A DNA stretch of 64,000 nucleotides, from contig OZ374559.1 in assembly GCA_977862235.1 (NCBI GenBank), positions 496,001 through 560,000 on the forward strand, given 5' to 3'. The position numbers and the translations under genes were made by a program. The notes under the pieces were generated by a model. It did not search any database and was not told where the DNA came from. It saw nothing but the letters and a program-made list of their open reading frames with translations. Source of the DNA: Dudresnaya verticillata (lineage: Eukaryota). Positions 38,739-48,716 of this stretch are shown piece by piece; position 1 is the stretch's first letter; every line of letters starts with the position of its first letter.

Positions 38739-39152
38739 ATGAATAAGCTTTTCGCCATCCTGGTCATCCTGGCCCTCTCCTCCGCTGCCCTTGCCGCTTG
38801 CCCGTGTAAGTGCCACACTGGTGATGATGAGGGCAAGGCCACAACGGAATGCGCCAAGCCGGCCAACTCTGCATGCAAGGTCCTGAGCTGCGAGGAGTCC
38901 GAAGACAACTCTCTTGGCAAGACGTGCTGCTCCATCTCCACCACGGCAAGTGCCGTCAGCCGACTGTCAAAGGATAAGAATGAGAATACGGAGGAGTTTG
39001 TGACGGAAATGAACTCTAGTGACAAGCAGAACCTGCCCACTTCCAACCGTGGTATTTGCAGGGGGATCAGGTGTGGCATCCGGTGCATTTGTGTCTGGGG
39101 ACGTGGATGCTACTGCTACCGCTATTGTTACTGGTTCTATTACTGGTGCTAA
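38739..39152 (+). CDS. Secreted cysteine-rich peptide precursor, 137 aa (+ copy 7)
   Basis: Identical translation; synonymous TGC>TGT (Cys23) at 38807, shared with + copy 6. Confidence 0.95.
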   Translation: MNKLFAILVILALSSAALAACPCKCHTGDDEGKATTECAKPANSACKVLSCEESEDNSLGKTCCSISTTASAVSRLSKDKNENTEEFVTEMNSSDKQNLPTSNRGICRGIRCGIRCICVWGRGCYCYRYCYWFYYWC

Positions 39153-41180
39153 GGTTGTAGGCATGGGGGTTGATATTGTGTTGGACGGTTCGGGTCATGC
39201 CAAAAATAGATAGATACCATTGGAATGTGTCATGGCCCCGCGGCAAGGTCGGCTTTCGTAAACTTCGAGTTATTGAATCAAGAGCCACTCCATGCTTTCT
39301 TGGCCATACTATAACATTCGCTTCATTAGGCACAGAGAGGTCGAATAGCACTGTGGAATGCAGCAAACGAGCAGCGTTTCGTTAAAGATCGCATTCAAAT
39401 TTCAAATCTGCTTGTTCAAATGTATTATTATATGCGAGTATTGTATGACGACAACGTCATTCCTCTCTACTACAACATTCACAGATGTTTCACGATCATC
39501 ACTTCACAATATAATATCCGAGCATGAGGGCAGCTCTCTGCTTCAATTGTTCAGTCCACACATTTCCGTTCCTGATAATTCGCTTAATCGTTCCCAGACA
39601 GTTTGCCTCGTGTCACTGGCGTACAAGGCGAAGGTAGATGGCACTCGGTGTGTCAACTCTTCAGAATACGAAGGTTTGCGATACGGCTGTGTTTCCCGAC
39701 CGAGTTGGCTCCTGAGAACACCTATGAGCTAAGTCAACACTTTTTGTAGATCTAATCCTTGAGTTTCTTCCCTTTCCCTTTGCGTGGTCGTGTAAAAGCT
39801 GCAGGGCCGATTCGACTTGTAGCTTTGATGCGCATGCTTCTAGAAGTGAACGAGATCTTTCGGTAGCGTTGGACTGGGGACAGTTCTTCTGTGCGAGCGA
39901 ATTGTCCACTGGTCCACTGGTGGGATGTGGAAGGGGATGTGCGAAGCGGTGCGGATACTAATCTTCGATTGGCAGATTTCAGAAAACTTGAAACAATGCA
40001 ATTCGCGAGTGCAATTTCCATTGGTTGTAAAGTTGTCTCCGGTCAGATATTTTGTTTGTCACAGGGAGGAGGCACTTTTGCAGTTACAAACCAAAGTCTT
40101 TGAGTTACTGCAACATGCTTGGGTCCCTACCTTCACGTTGGCTGAATGCAGTCGGAAAGTCCGGGGCTCTTTCTCATCGTAGGTAGAGTGAAAAGAAGGT
40201 TGTCCTCTCTCTCTTTCTCATATCAGTGATGCCCACCGAGAAGGGAGCATTTATAGCTCCGTTGTAAAGGGTAAGTTTGTCAGGACCGCTTGGGTACCGC
40301 TCCGCCAGCAACACAACAAGAGCCCAGAAATTTTTATGTTCGGATAAACAGTCCCTGCTTTCCCACAATCGCTTGTGATGACCATTTCGAGTGGAGGGTT
40401 TACAACGCATATTCATTGTGCGATACAATAGCTCCCGGTGAAAAACACTCGCTTTTATGAAAATAGCAGAAGAGCTTGATGAACAGAGCTATACTGGAAA
40501 CTCTTGGTGTGAGCTATGTGGTTACAACCGCTGCTTATACAACTTTCGCCCTGCGTATGAATGGCAAAGCGAAACACCGTGGCGGTTCTGTTTTGGACCG
40601 AGTAATTGACCGCCGTCCAGGACGGGTCCTGCCCTTCTGGATATAATGCTGTGATCGATCGAGAGGGATAAATTTGTCCCAAGTAGGATGTGTAAATGAG
40701 GTCTTCAACGAACCTGTGAAGTTGCTTTTCGTTGCTTGCTTGTGGACTTATAGAGGCTCTACATGGGAAACGGGGGCTCATATGCAGGCAAGCTTAGGTT
40801 AATCGCAATCGAGAATAGTCTAGAGGAAGAATGGGGGGTTCGGAAAGAGGAGGGGACAGCGGGTCCTGTACGTTAGGAGCGGGGTCTTCCAAGGTGCAGA
40901 GGTCTAGAATTGCCTGCAGTGCGCAACTGACGTCCTGTATCGTGGTAAGGGTTTGGGTCAGGCAATGATCAAGGGCTTTAAAAGGCTTTAGGGCTTTAGG
41001 GGGTTTTAGCTCGTGTTTCAATAATCGTCACCTTTAGGTCTTTGTGCCGGAGCCTCCGACTCGGAGGCTCATTCTACTACGCAAAGCACTGCAATATCAA
41101 TAATATATGCATTCTGTTGCTCGCACTATGAGAAGTGTTTTCAACCCGTCAACACAACTCTAACGACCATTACTGAGTCC

Positions 41181-41594
41181 TTAGCACCAGTAATAGAACC
41201 AGTAGCAGTAGCGGTAGCAGTAGCATCCACGTCCCCAGACACAAATGCACCGGATGCCACACCTGATCCCCCTGCAAATACCACGGTTGGAAGTGGGCAG
41301 GTTCTGCTTGTCACTAGAGTTCATTTCCGTCACAAACTCCTCCGTATTCTCATTCTTATCCTTTGACAGTCGGCTGACGGCACTTGCTGTGGTGGAGATG
41401 GAGCAGCACGTCTTGCCAAGAGAGTTGTCTTCGGACTCCTCGCAGCTCAGGACCTTGCATGCAGAGTTGGCCGGCTTGGCGCATTCCGTTGTGGCCTTGC
41501 CCTCATCATCACCAGTGTGGCACTTGCACGGGCAAGCGGCAAGGGCAGCGGAGGAGAGGGCCAGGATGACCAGGATGGCAAAAAGCTTGTTCAT
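41181..41594 (-). CDS. Secreted cysteine-rich peptide precursor, 137 aa (- copy 7)
   Basis: Translation identical to copy 1. Confidence 0.95.
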   Translation of the reverse strand: MNKLFAILVILALSSAALAACPCKCHTGDDEGKATTECAKPANSACKVLSCEESEDNSLGKTCCSISTTASAVSRLSKDKNENTEEFVTEMNSSDKQNLPTSNRGICRGIRCGIRCICVWGRGCYCYRYCYWFYYWC

Positions 41595-44500
41595 GACAAG
41601 GAATAGGATGAGTTGAGAAGGGTGACCTGTTCGTTGATGTGATTTGTGTGAGGACTGGCTGGCACTTGATGATGTTGTTGAAGGGAGAGATGGAGATCTT
41701 ATATTTATACACGTTGTGTTCTAGTTGGCATATAGGAGAGATATTGTGTGGAGTTAGCCCCTATTGCAACCCTTGCCTACAAGAGAAGTGAATGGATATT
41801 GTTTGCAAAAACGTAGAGTGTATCTCACAGGTTCAGTTGCGACAAACAATGCACATGGCACTGATGGAGGAATGGCGTTTCTTCTGCTGTGTTTATGGAA
41901 ATCTTCCATACTATTGGAAGTGCTTAGGAGTAACATGCAGCATCGGCGTGTTGATCTAGGAGTATTCGCTGCTATTGTTTGCCAAAGAGATGGAGACCTT
42001 TATGCATAAGAGAAAGCATATAAATATATTGGCCATAAGTTTAACCGTTTAATGCACAAACAAGGGTATCACGAAACGTGCTAAGAGAGAGCTTTACTAT
42101 TACTGGAATGTTGCCATAGTTGCAGGCTGCAATGGAAGCGGGGATTTTATTTCTATTGCCACAAGGAAGGTTGTTCGTTCTGTAAAGACAATCATCAACG
42201 GGAATTATTTGGAAAGTGCTAGGTGAAGAGGTATTTCGCTGTCTGGTTCTTCTACTTTCCCATGGCAAGGGGATCTGCATTCTATGCAGGCAAGCAAACA
42301 GTGCAGTGAATAATCTACCTCGATAATCACGTTGCGGTCAACCCAGTTTTGCATTGCATGCCAAACTCTGGGTTTTGGTGCGGAAAGAGGGGAACATGCC
42401 CCTCATGGTATTGAAGGGAACAACATTGGAGGAGGATATGCCTGCGCTCGTGTCCATTGATGTGACCTAGTGCTAGCGCACAGTGAGTCCCAGGTTTCGC
42501 CTCGATTTAAAACCAGGAGATAGGCATCTTGCGCCCTCGAGTCTAATAATATCTTCTTTCAAACCTCACCTGACAAGGAGGCACTAACACATTGAGGTCT
42601 CGCGACGGAAGAAGGCGAGATTGAAAACAGAACATTGTACCGCCGTGGTCTGCACATTTTGTTACTGCAGTACGCGACGAAGTCGTGATAAAAGCACTTG
42701 GCCAAAGGACAACAATTATATGTAGTTATCTCGAACTGGCACCATCTGAGGGGTGCGAATTCCTGCTCCGTCGTCCTCGATGGACTGAGTTATACTGGTA
42801 CCGAGGGCGTGCTTTTATTCCATGTTGACCGAAGCACAGAATGACGTAACAGGTCATTGCGTTTGCGCACATCTCCAGATCTAAATCGGTCGTGGCGATA
42901 CACTGAACTCCTGACCAGCCGTGCAGCATGCGATGCATAGTCGCCAGAGATGGCCTCTACAACCTTGAGACCCTCATCACGTGGGTTTGTCATTGCATTT
43001 TACTCTACGCGCAGTGCATGTTGTTACTAATCGCCAGAGAAACGATCTAGATACAGAACCATTCTAAGAGGATCGGCTGATCCGAGTTTGAAAGCGGTGA
43101 GAATCTGGGAGCCGCGGATCGACATTTCGCAGGTGCAAGGGGGGAAGCGAGGCGATGACAATGGTATTGTTCGGGTGCAATTGCTTTGTCACCGCCGCTT
43201 TCGTCGTCATTCGTTGCATGCGGGTCGGAGGGGGCACATGTTGTGCTGTTTTGCACTGATTGCGCGTTGAACGAAACTGCGGGTACGTCTAATAGTGTCA
43301 CACAACACTACTAAAAGGAATTGTGAGACGATATTTCTGAAGTAACCGCTTTTCGTAAGACCCATCTCTCTCTCTCTCTCTCTCTCTGTGTCTCTCTCTC
43401 TGTCTCTCTCTCTCTCTCTAGGAACTTCGTAAAATCCACACAAACTCTCTCTCTCTCTCTCGCACTTTGTCTAATTCTGCCCTCCTCTTGCAGGATCTAA
43501 ATAAACTCAACAAACTTTCGCACTTTTCGTGCACATGCATCCCATCGCTGCGAATTAGCTTCTGCCCAGAAGGCATACGGTGTGGAGCTGCAAAACGTTT
43601 TGGCTTCGTGAGTGCGCTTCTCTTTCTGAGGGGAGCCATTTAACAATTATTTGTTATTCAAAGATCGAAAACGAGTACCTCGTGAGACAGCTAACGGATA
43701 CACCACATACCAAAAGAACTAGGAATGCGTTCAAGGCCCAGTTGTACAGCAGCGCACTAGTTGTTTGCCTTGTGCGGAAAACCAGTTCATATCTCCCGCA
43801 GACTTACGAAAAGTTCATGCAAAGCGGTGGAACTGGCGCTTTGAATATGTTTTTAGCACAAGGAACAACTAAACTAATTTCGCCGTAACCGTTTGTAGAC
43901 AACCAAGTTTTGCCTTTCCACTTTCTGTGGTAAACTTGTCCCCTGAGCAATACCTCATTTCACCCCGGGATGAACCCAAAGCTGTTCCAAGGATGTATAT
44001 ACTTTTTACATATTCTGCAATCTTCAGCTCATTACCACTATCATATCTCAATATGAAGATCATCATCACAACCATATATCGCACAACACATTGCAGCCAT
44101 CCTGTCCACATTATGCTACGTACTATCGCAGGATATGACTTGTACAAAGGGATGCATAAATGTTAAAGATGATCGCTTTACATGCGGATCGTTTCAAGGT
44201 TCACATGTTTTGAAATCACACCTCGACAAATAATTTGTAACGCAAACTGTACCCTTCACGGCAATAGCTGGAAACAAACAGTAGTTCATCGATTGCCACG
44301 TCGAAGCAAAAAAGACATCCATCCTCAACGTTTACAGAGAACCAAGGATATCTCTTCTCTAACCGTATCTGCTACAATGTTACACTCTTCCTACTACCAA
44401 ATTAAAAACACCAATGATGATGCAGACCGTTATACAATGCCAAACAAAGCCTCAAATGGGGGCTTAAACAGTCTTGCTCAGGAGGGGAGGCGAAAGATTG

Positions 44501-44729
44501 AAACTGTTGACCTGAAGAGCCAAGCATGAAGAACTAAATATACCAATGACGTTTTCTATCCCATCGTCCGCCGTTCAGGTAATCAATCCAGAATCGTCGC
44601 CGCGCACTATAAATACAGTTTATTGCTCTGTTATTCACTTTCATCTCATGCTACCAACAAGAGTTCTGTAACAGTTCACATCAGATCAACCGAAGTTCTA
44701 GATTTTCAACGCCAACTAAAAACCTTGTC

Positions 44730-45143
44730 ATGAATAAGCTTTTCGCCATCCTGGTCATCCTGGCCCTCTCCTCCGCTGCCCTTGCCGCTTGCCCGTGCAA
44801 GTGCCACACTGGTGATGATGAGGGCAAGGCCACAACGGAATGCGCCAAGCCGGCCAACTCTGCATGCAAGGTCCTGAGCTGCGAGGAGTCCGAAGACAAC
44901 TCTCTTGGCAAGACGTGCTGCTCCATCTCCACCACGGCAAGTGCCGTCAGCCGACTGTCAAAGGATAAGAATGAGAATACGGAGGAGTTTGTGACGGAAA
45001 TGAACTCTAGTGACAAGCAGAACCTGCCCACTTCCAACCGTGGTATTTGCAGGGGGATCAGGTGTGGCATCCGGTGCATTTGTGTCTGGGGACGTGGATG
45101 CTACTGCTACCGCTATTGTTACTGGTTCTATTACTGGTGCTAA
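44730..45143 (+). CDS. Secreted cysteine-rich peptide precursor, 137 aa (+ copy 8, terminal copy with unique 3' flank)
   Basis: Identical translation; followed by TAAGGACGTAGCAATGG instead of TAAGGTTGTAGGCATGG. Confidence 0.95.
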   Translation: MNKLFAILVILALSSAALAACPCKCHTGDDEGKATTECAKPANSACKVLSCEESEDNSLGKTCCSISTTASAVSRLSKDKNENTEEFVTEMNSSDKQNLPTSNRGICRGIRCGIRCICVWGRGCYCYRYCYWFYYWC

Positions 45144-46239
45144 GGACGTAGCAATGGTTCATGATAATGTGGTGAACATGCAAGAAACAGACACAAATAT
45201 TGCAATGCATTAGCTTCATTGTAGTAGAATTAGGCCCCCGACATAAAGCGCTTTCCTGAAAGTGGCGATTGATTGAGAACTTGAGCTGCTTCACATCTTT
45301 TCTTGGTCAGCACAGAGCCTGGGACCTAGACTCAATTCATTCGGTACATGGGCTCGAATTGCATGATCAGATCCAGCACATAAGTACTGTTTCTATAATG
45401 ATGATCTTGAAGCATCTCATTCGTGACTACGTCATCCGTCTCCAGCATTAACACTCTTCTCAAGATTTCAGATGAAAATATAACGGTTGGAGATGAAGGG
45501 ACCTCTTCAAACATTTGGTCCAAAAAGCAACGCAGCATCAGTCGTTCCCGGCCGTTTTTCAGTATTCCACCGGCAAGCATGCAATGCCAAAGTATATGCC
45601 AATGGGTTTATACTATGTTTATGCAGACCAGAAATCAGTGCAGCATATGCTCCTAAACCTGAACAACTTCCTAGTGACGGTGCAAAGTGATGATTCAACA
45701 GCAGCCCTTGTGGTGTAGCCGCTTGTACGATCTCAGAGGATGGAAACAGTGCAAATTGTGCATGCAATTCCATTGGTTGTCCAGCTGTTTCTGCACTCAG
45801 ATGTCTTACAGTGCGTACAGACTGGAAAGCTGAGAAAAGCGAAGCGCGTCGGGCTCGGCTTTTGCATTATGGCGAAGCCCCATCCCACCTCTGTCATATC
45901 AAACCAACAAACGGAGGGCAAGTGTTGGGGCGTCGGAGGTTCGCGCACCAACTCGGCAAAGCAGACTCTCTTTTCTCACCGGAAGGAAGCGTTTAGCGCA
46001 CTTCACGTTTTCACATTGGCCGCAAGCAGCTCATCATCGTCACAACTTTATTTAAGTACAAGTAGCTGGAAACCCTGGAGCTCTTTCTCATCTCAGCAAT
46101 TCCTACCTACAGCAGCTTCTATAAACACGGCTTATAAAATCGTTTCATCGAAAGCGGGTTGTGTAACTTTGGCTCACTTGAAGAGTGTTTGCAACAATGA
46201 ATGAATGATGAACAGATATCATAACAGACTGCAGTACCG

Positions 46240-48600
46240 CTAGTTACAAGATGTAGAGCCCACCTCACTGTTCGTTCCCGGTGGACAAGGCTGGCACTGA
46301 TTAAGGCTCTTAGCCCCGGACTTATCTCCGAATGTCCCACTTGGACAGCCCATGCAAAACTGCGCCCCTTCCTTGTCTTGATACGTTCCCCTGTTGCAAG
46401 TATCGCAAGAGCTGGCCCCTGTGAAGTCCACAAATCTGCCCTTGGGGCACGGCTTGCAGTCATCAAGTGACCCTGCCCCTCGCTTGTTGCTGAAAGTCCC
46501 CTTCGGACAATCCCTGCACCTCCCAGATCCCTTTTGGTTTTGGTACTGACCAGAGAAGCACTCGGTACAACTTCGTGATCCTTCCGAGCTTCGCGTTCCA
46601 GGCGGGCAAGGTTTGCAACTCTTCCGGCTTGTCGCGCCTTCCTCATCGTTAAATGTCCCTGCAGGGCATTCCGTACAGCTTCGAGAACCGGCGCTGGCTG
46701 CAAATGAACCTGGCCTGCATTCGGTACATTGCGATCTCCCCGGTCCACTAGCAGTTCCCACTGGGCATTTCTTGCAGTCTTTCAAGCGAGTCGCTCCTTC
46801 GCCGTTGCTGAACGTACCAGCTGGGCATTCCTTGCACGAGCTAGAACCCTCACGATCTTGATACTCTCCAGTCCCGCAAGTGTCGCAAAGCTGTGCGCCT
46901 CGCCCACTGAATGTGCCCCTGGGGCAGTCCACGCATTCGCGAATGCTGATCAATCCGCGAAGGTTACTGAAAGTGCCGGGTGGGCAGGTCTGGCACCCAG
47001 TGGAGCCTTCCTGGTCTTGATATTCGCCCTCCTGGCAGACATCACACGATCGAGCGCCTGATCGACTAAAGCTCCCCTTCGGACACGGCTTGCAACCACT
47101 GCTTCTGTCGACACGGACGGCGTTGTTGAAAGTACCGGCAGAACAATCTTTGCAATTTCGAGAGCGTGTACGATCTTGAAAGGTGCCGACAGGACAGTCC
47201 TTGCAGCTGGAGGCACCGGAACCACTGAAAGTACCCTTTGGACAGTCTCCACAGTCACTGACAGAAGTTCTCTCTGCGAGATTACTGGAAGTTCCCGGTG
47301 GACAGTCTTTGCAGAAGGAGGAGCCCTCAACGTTCTGGAAAGTACCAATTGGACAGACGGTGCAAGTACGCTCGCCTTGTTCGCTGAAGGTTCCCTTTGG
47401 ACAAGATCCGCATGCCGCAAGACTCTTCAGGCCAACATCAGAAGAGAAAGAGCCGTTCGGACAGCTCTTGCATGAAGATGCCCCTTCTTCATCCTGGTAC
47501 GTACCCTGTCGACAAGAAGAGCAAGCACGAGAATTGGAGCGACTGGCAAACGTTCCCTTGGGGCAGAGCTTACAGTCGGAGATATCATTGTTTCCAAGCT
47601 CGTTCGAGAAGGTCCCCTTTGGACAAGACACACATTGGCGTGCGCCCTTCTGGTCCTGGTACTGGCCGGCGCGGCAGATGCTGCACTTGCTCGAACGTAG
47701 ACCGCTGAATGAACCCTTCTCACAGTCCTTGCAATCACCGAGTTTCTTCCCACCTTCCTTATCATTAAACGTCCCTGCAGGGCACGCCTGGCACTGGGTG
47801 GCTCCCGTCTCATCTTGAAAAGTACCGTCTGGGCACAGTTCGCACTTTCCGGCGCCGCTGCGCGAGAAAGAACCCTTCGGACATGGATTGCAAGCTCGTA
47901 GCGAGGTGGCACCTTCGCCATCATTGAAGGTTCCGGCGGGACAGTTGACACAGTTACGCGCACCAACGCGGTCCTGATACTCCCCTTTGGGACATTTTTG
48001 ACACGTAGCGCGATCGCGGGTAGAGAAGGTACCCTTCGGGCACTGCATGCAGTCACGGATAGACTTTGCTCCGGTCATGTCACCCAAAGCGCCAGCCGGA
48101 CAGAGCTTGCAACGTGACATACCCTTCTTGTCTGCAAAAGTGCCCTTCTTGCAGGGGTCGCACTCGGCGGCCTCCTCCTCCGAGGCAGAGCCTTTCGGGC
48201 AGGGTTTGCAGGAAGATTGGGACGACGAGCCCTTCTTGTTATTAAAGGTACCTGCGCGGCAGACCTTGCAAGCAGACGTTCCGCGGTCGGGTTGGAAGGT
48301 ACCGGTGGTGCATTCGAGACATTTCTGGGATCCTTGAGGGCTGAATGAGCCGGCGGGGCATGGATCGCAGGCGGAGATGCCGGCACCGGATGGGGAGTCG
48401 TTGAATGTGCCCGGAGGGCACTTGCGACAGGTCGGTGCGTTTCGTGACGGTGAGTACTCACCTGCCGGGCAGGGCTGGCAGTCCCCGTTCTGGCGGCGAA
48501 TGCTGCCCGGCGGGCATTGCTGTGCATGGGCAATGAGCGGGAGCAGCAGAAACAGGAACAGCGAGAGGGCGAGAGGTAGGGACAGAGTTGAAGACGCCAT
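46240..48600 (-). CDS. Secreted cysteine-rich repeat protein, 786 aa, GCC2/GCC3 (ephrin-receptor-like) CxxCxxG repeats
   Basis: Long open frame. The first ATG (48600) gives the signal peptide MASSTLSLPLALSLFLFLLLPLIAHA; the track start at 48687 is TTG and overlaps the promoter-proximal region. The rest is 14 triplets of CxxC-P-x-G-[TSE]-[FY] units with no TM segment. Confidence 0.92.
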   Translation of the reverse strand: MASSTLSLPLALSLFLFLLLPLIAHAQQCPPGSIRRQNGDCQPCPAGEYSPSRNAPTCRKCPPGTFNDSPSGAGISACDPCPAGSFSPQGSQKCLECTTGTFQPDRGTSACKVCRAGTFNNKKGSSSQSSCKPCPKGSASEEEAAECDPCKKGTFADKKGMSRCKLCPAGALGDMTGAKSIRDCMQCPKGTFSTRDRATCQKCPKGEYQDRVGARNCVNCPAGTFNDGEGATSLRACNPCPKGSFSRSGAGKCELCPDGTFQDETGATQCQACPAGTFNDKEGGKKLGDCKDCEKGSFSGLRSSKCSICRAGQYQDQKGARQCVSCPKGTFSNELGNNDISDCKLCPKGTFASRSNSRACSSCRQGTYQDEEGASSCKSCPNGSFSSDVGLKSLAACGSCPKGTFSEQGERTCTVCPIGTFQNVEGSSFCKDCPPGTSSNLAERTSVSDCGDCPKGTFSGSGASSCKDCPVGTFQDRTRSRNCKDCSAGTFNNAVRVDRSSGCKPCPKGSFSRSGARSCDVCQEGEYQDQEGSTGCQTCPPGTFSNLRGLISIRECVDCPRGTFSGRGAQLCDTCGTGEYQDREGSSSCKECPAGTFSNGEGATRLKDCKKCPVGTASGPGRSQCTECRPGSFAASAGSRSCTECPAGTFNDEEGATSRKSCKPCPPGTRSSEGSRSCTECFSGQYQNQKGSGRCRDCPKGTFSNKRGAGSLDDCKPCPKGRFVDFTGASSCDTCNRGTYQDKEGAQFCMGCPSGTFGDKSGAKSLNQCQPCPPGTNSEVGSTSCN

Positions 48601-48709
48601 GATTATAGGATGGGTCGCTCGCTGAGTTGCTCGCTCGCTCTCTCCGCTTAGCTTGTCAGTGGAGCGCTCTGCGAGTGAGGTGATCAAAGAAACGGAGGCC
48701 GGGACGCGG

Positions 48710-48716
48710 ATTTATA
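48710..48716 (-). promoter_or_regulatory. TATA box of the 786-aa gene
   Basis: ATTTATA on + equals TATAAAT on -, ~110 nt upstream of ATG 48600, the same spacing as in the peptide genes. Confidence 0.6.

Larger units (their letters stand above)
1..45145. repeat. Tandem segmental array of a ~5987-5989 bp unit (7 complete units + partial 8th; open at left edge)
   Basis: TTGGAAGTGCTTAGGAG recurs at 1, 5990, 11979, 17966, 23953, 29940, 35927 and 41914, and the ORF track repeats with the same period. Units differ only by a few SNPs and (CT)n length. Identity stops at 45145, 2 nt after the last stop codon. Confidence 0.99.

Noticed and set aside
1..45145. Array as rDNA, CRISPR, viral/plasmid concatemer or LTR tandem
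   Set aside because: No rRNA similarity, no short repeat-spacer structure, no replication or capsid genes, no LTR/PBS/pol. The boundary coincides with a host gene.
46119..48625. Overlapping 80-211 aa ORFs within the CxxC repeat gene
   Set aside because: Alternative-frame and antisense shadows of a GC-rich repetitive CDS.
48601..48687. 29-aa N-terminal extension of the 815-aa ORF
   Set aside because: It begins at TTG only ~23 nt from the TATA box. The first ATG at 48600 directly starts a good signal peptide.
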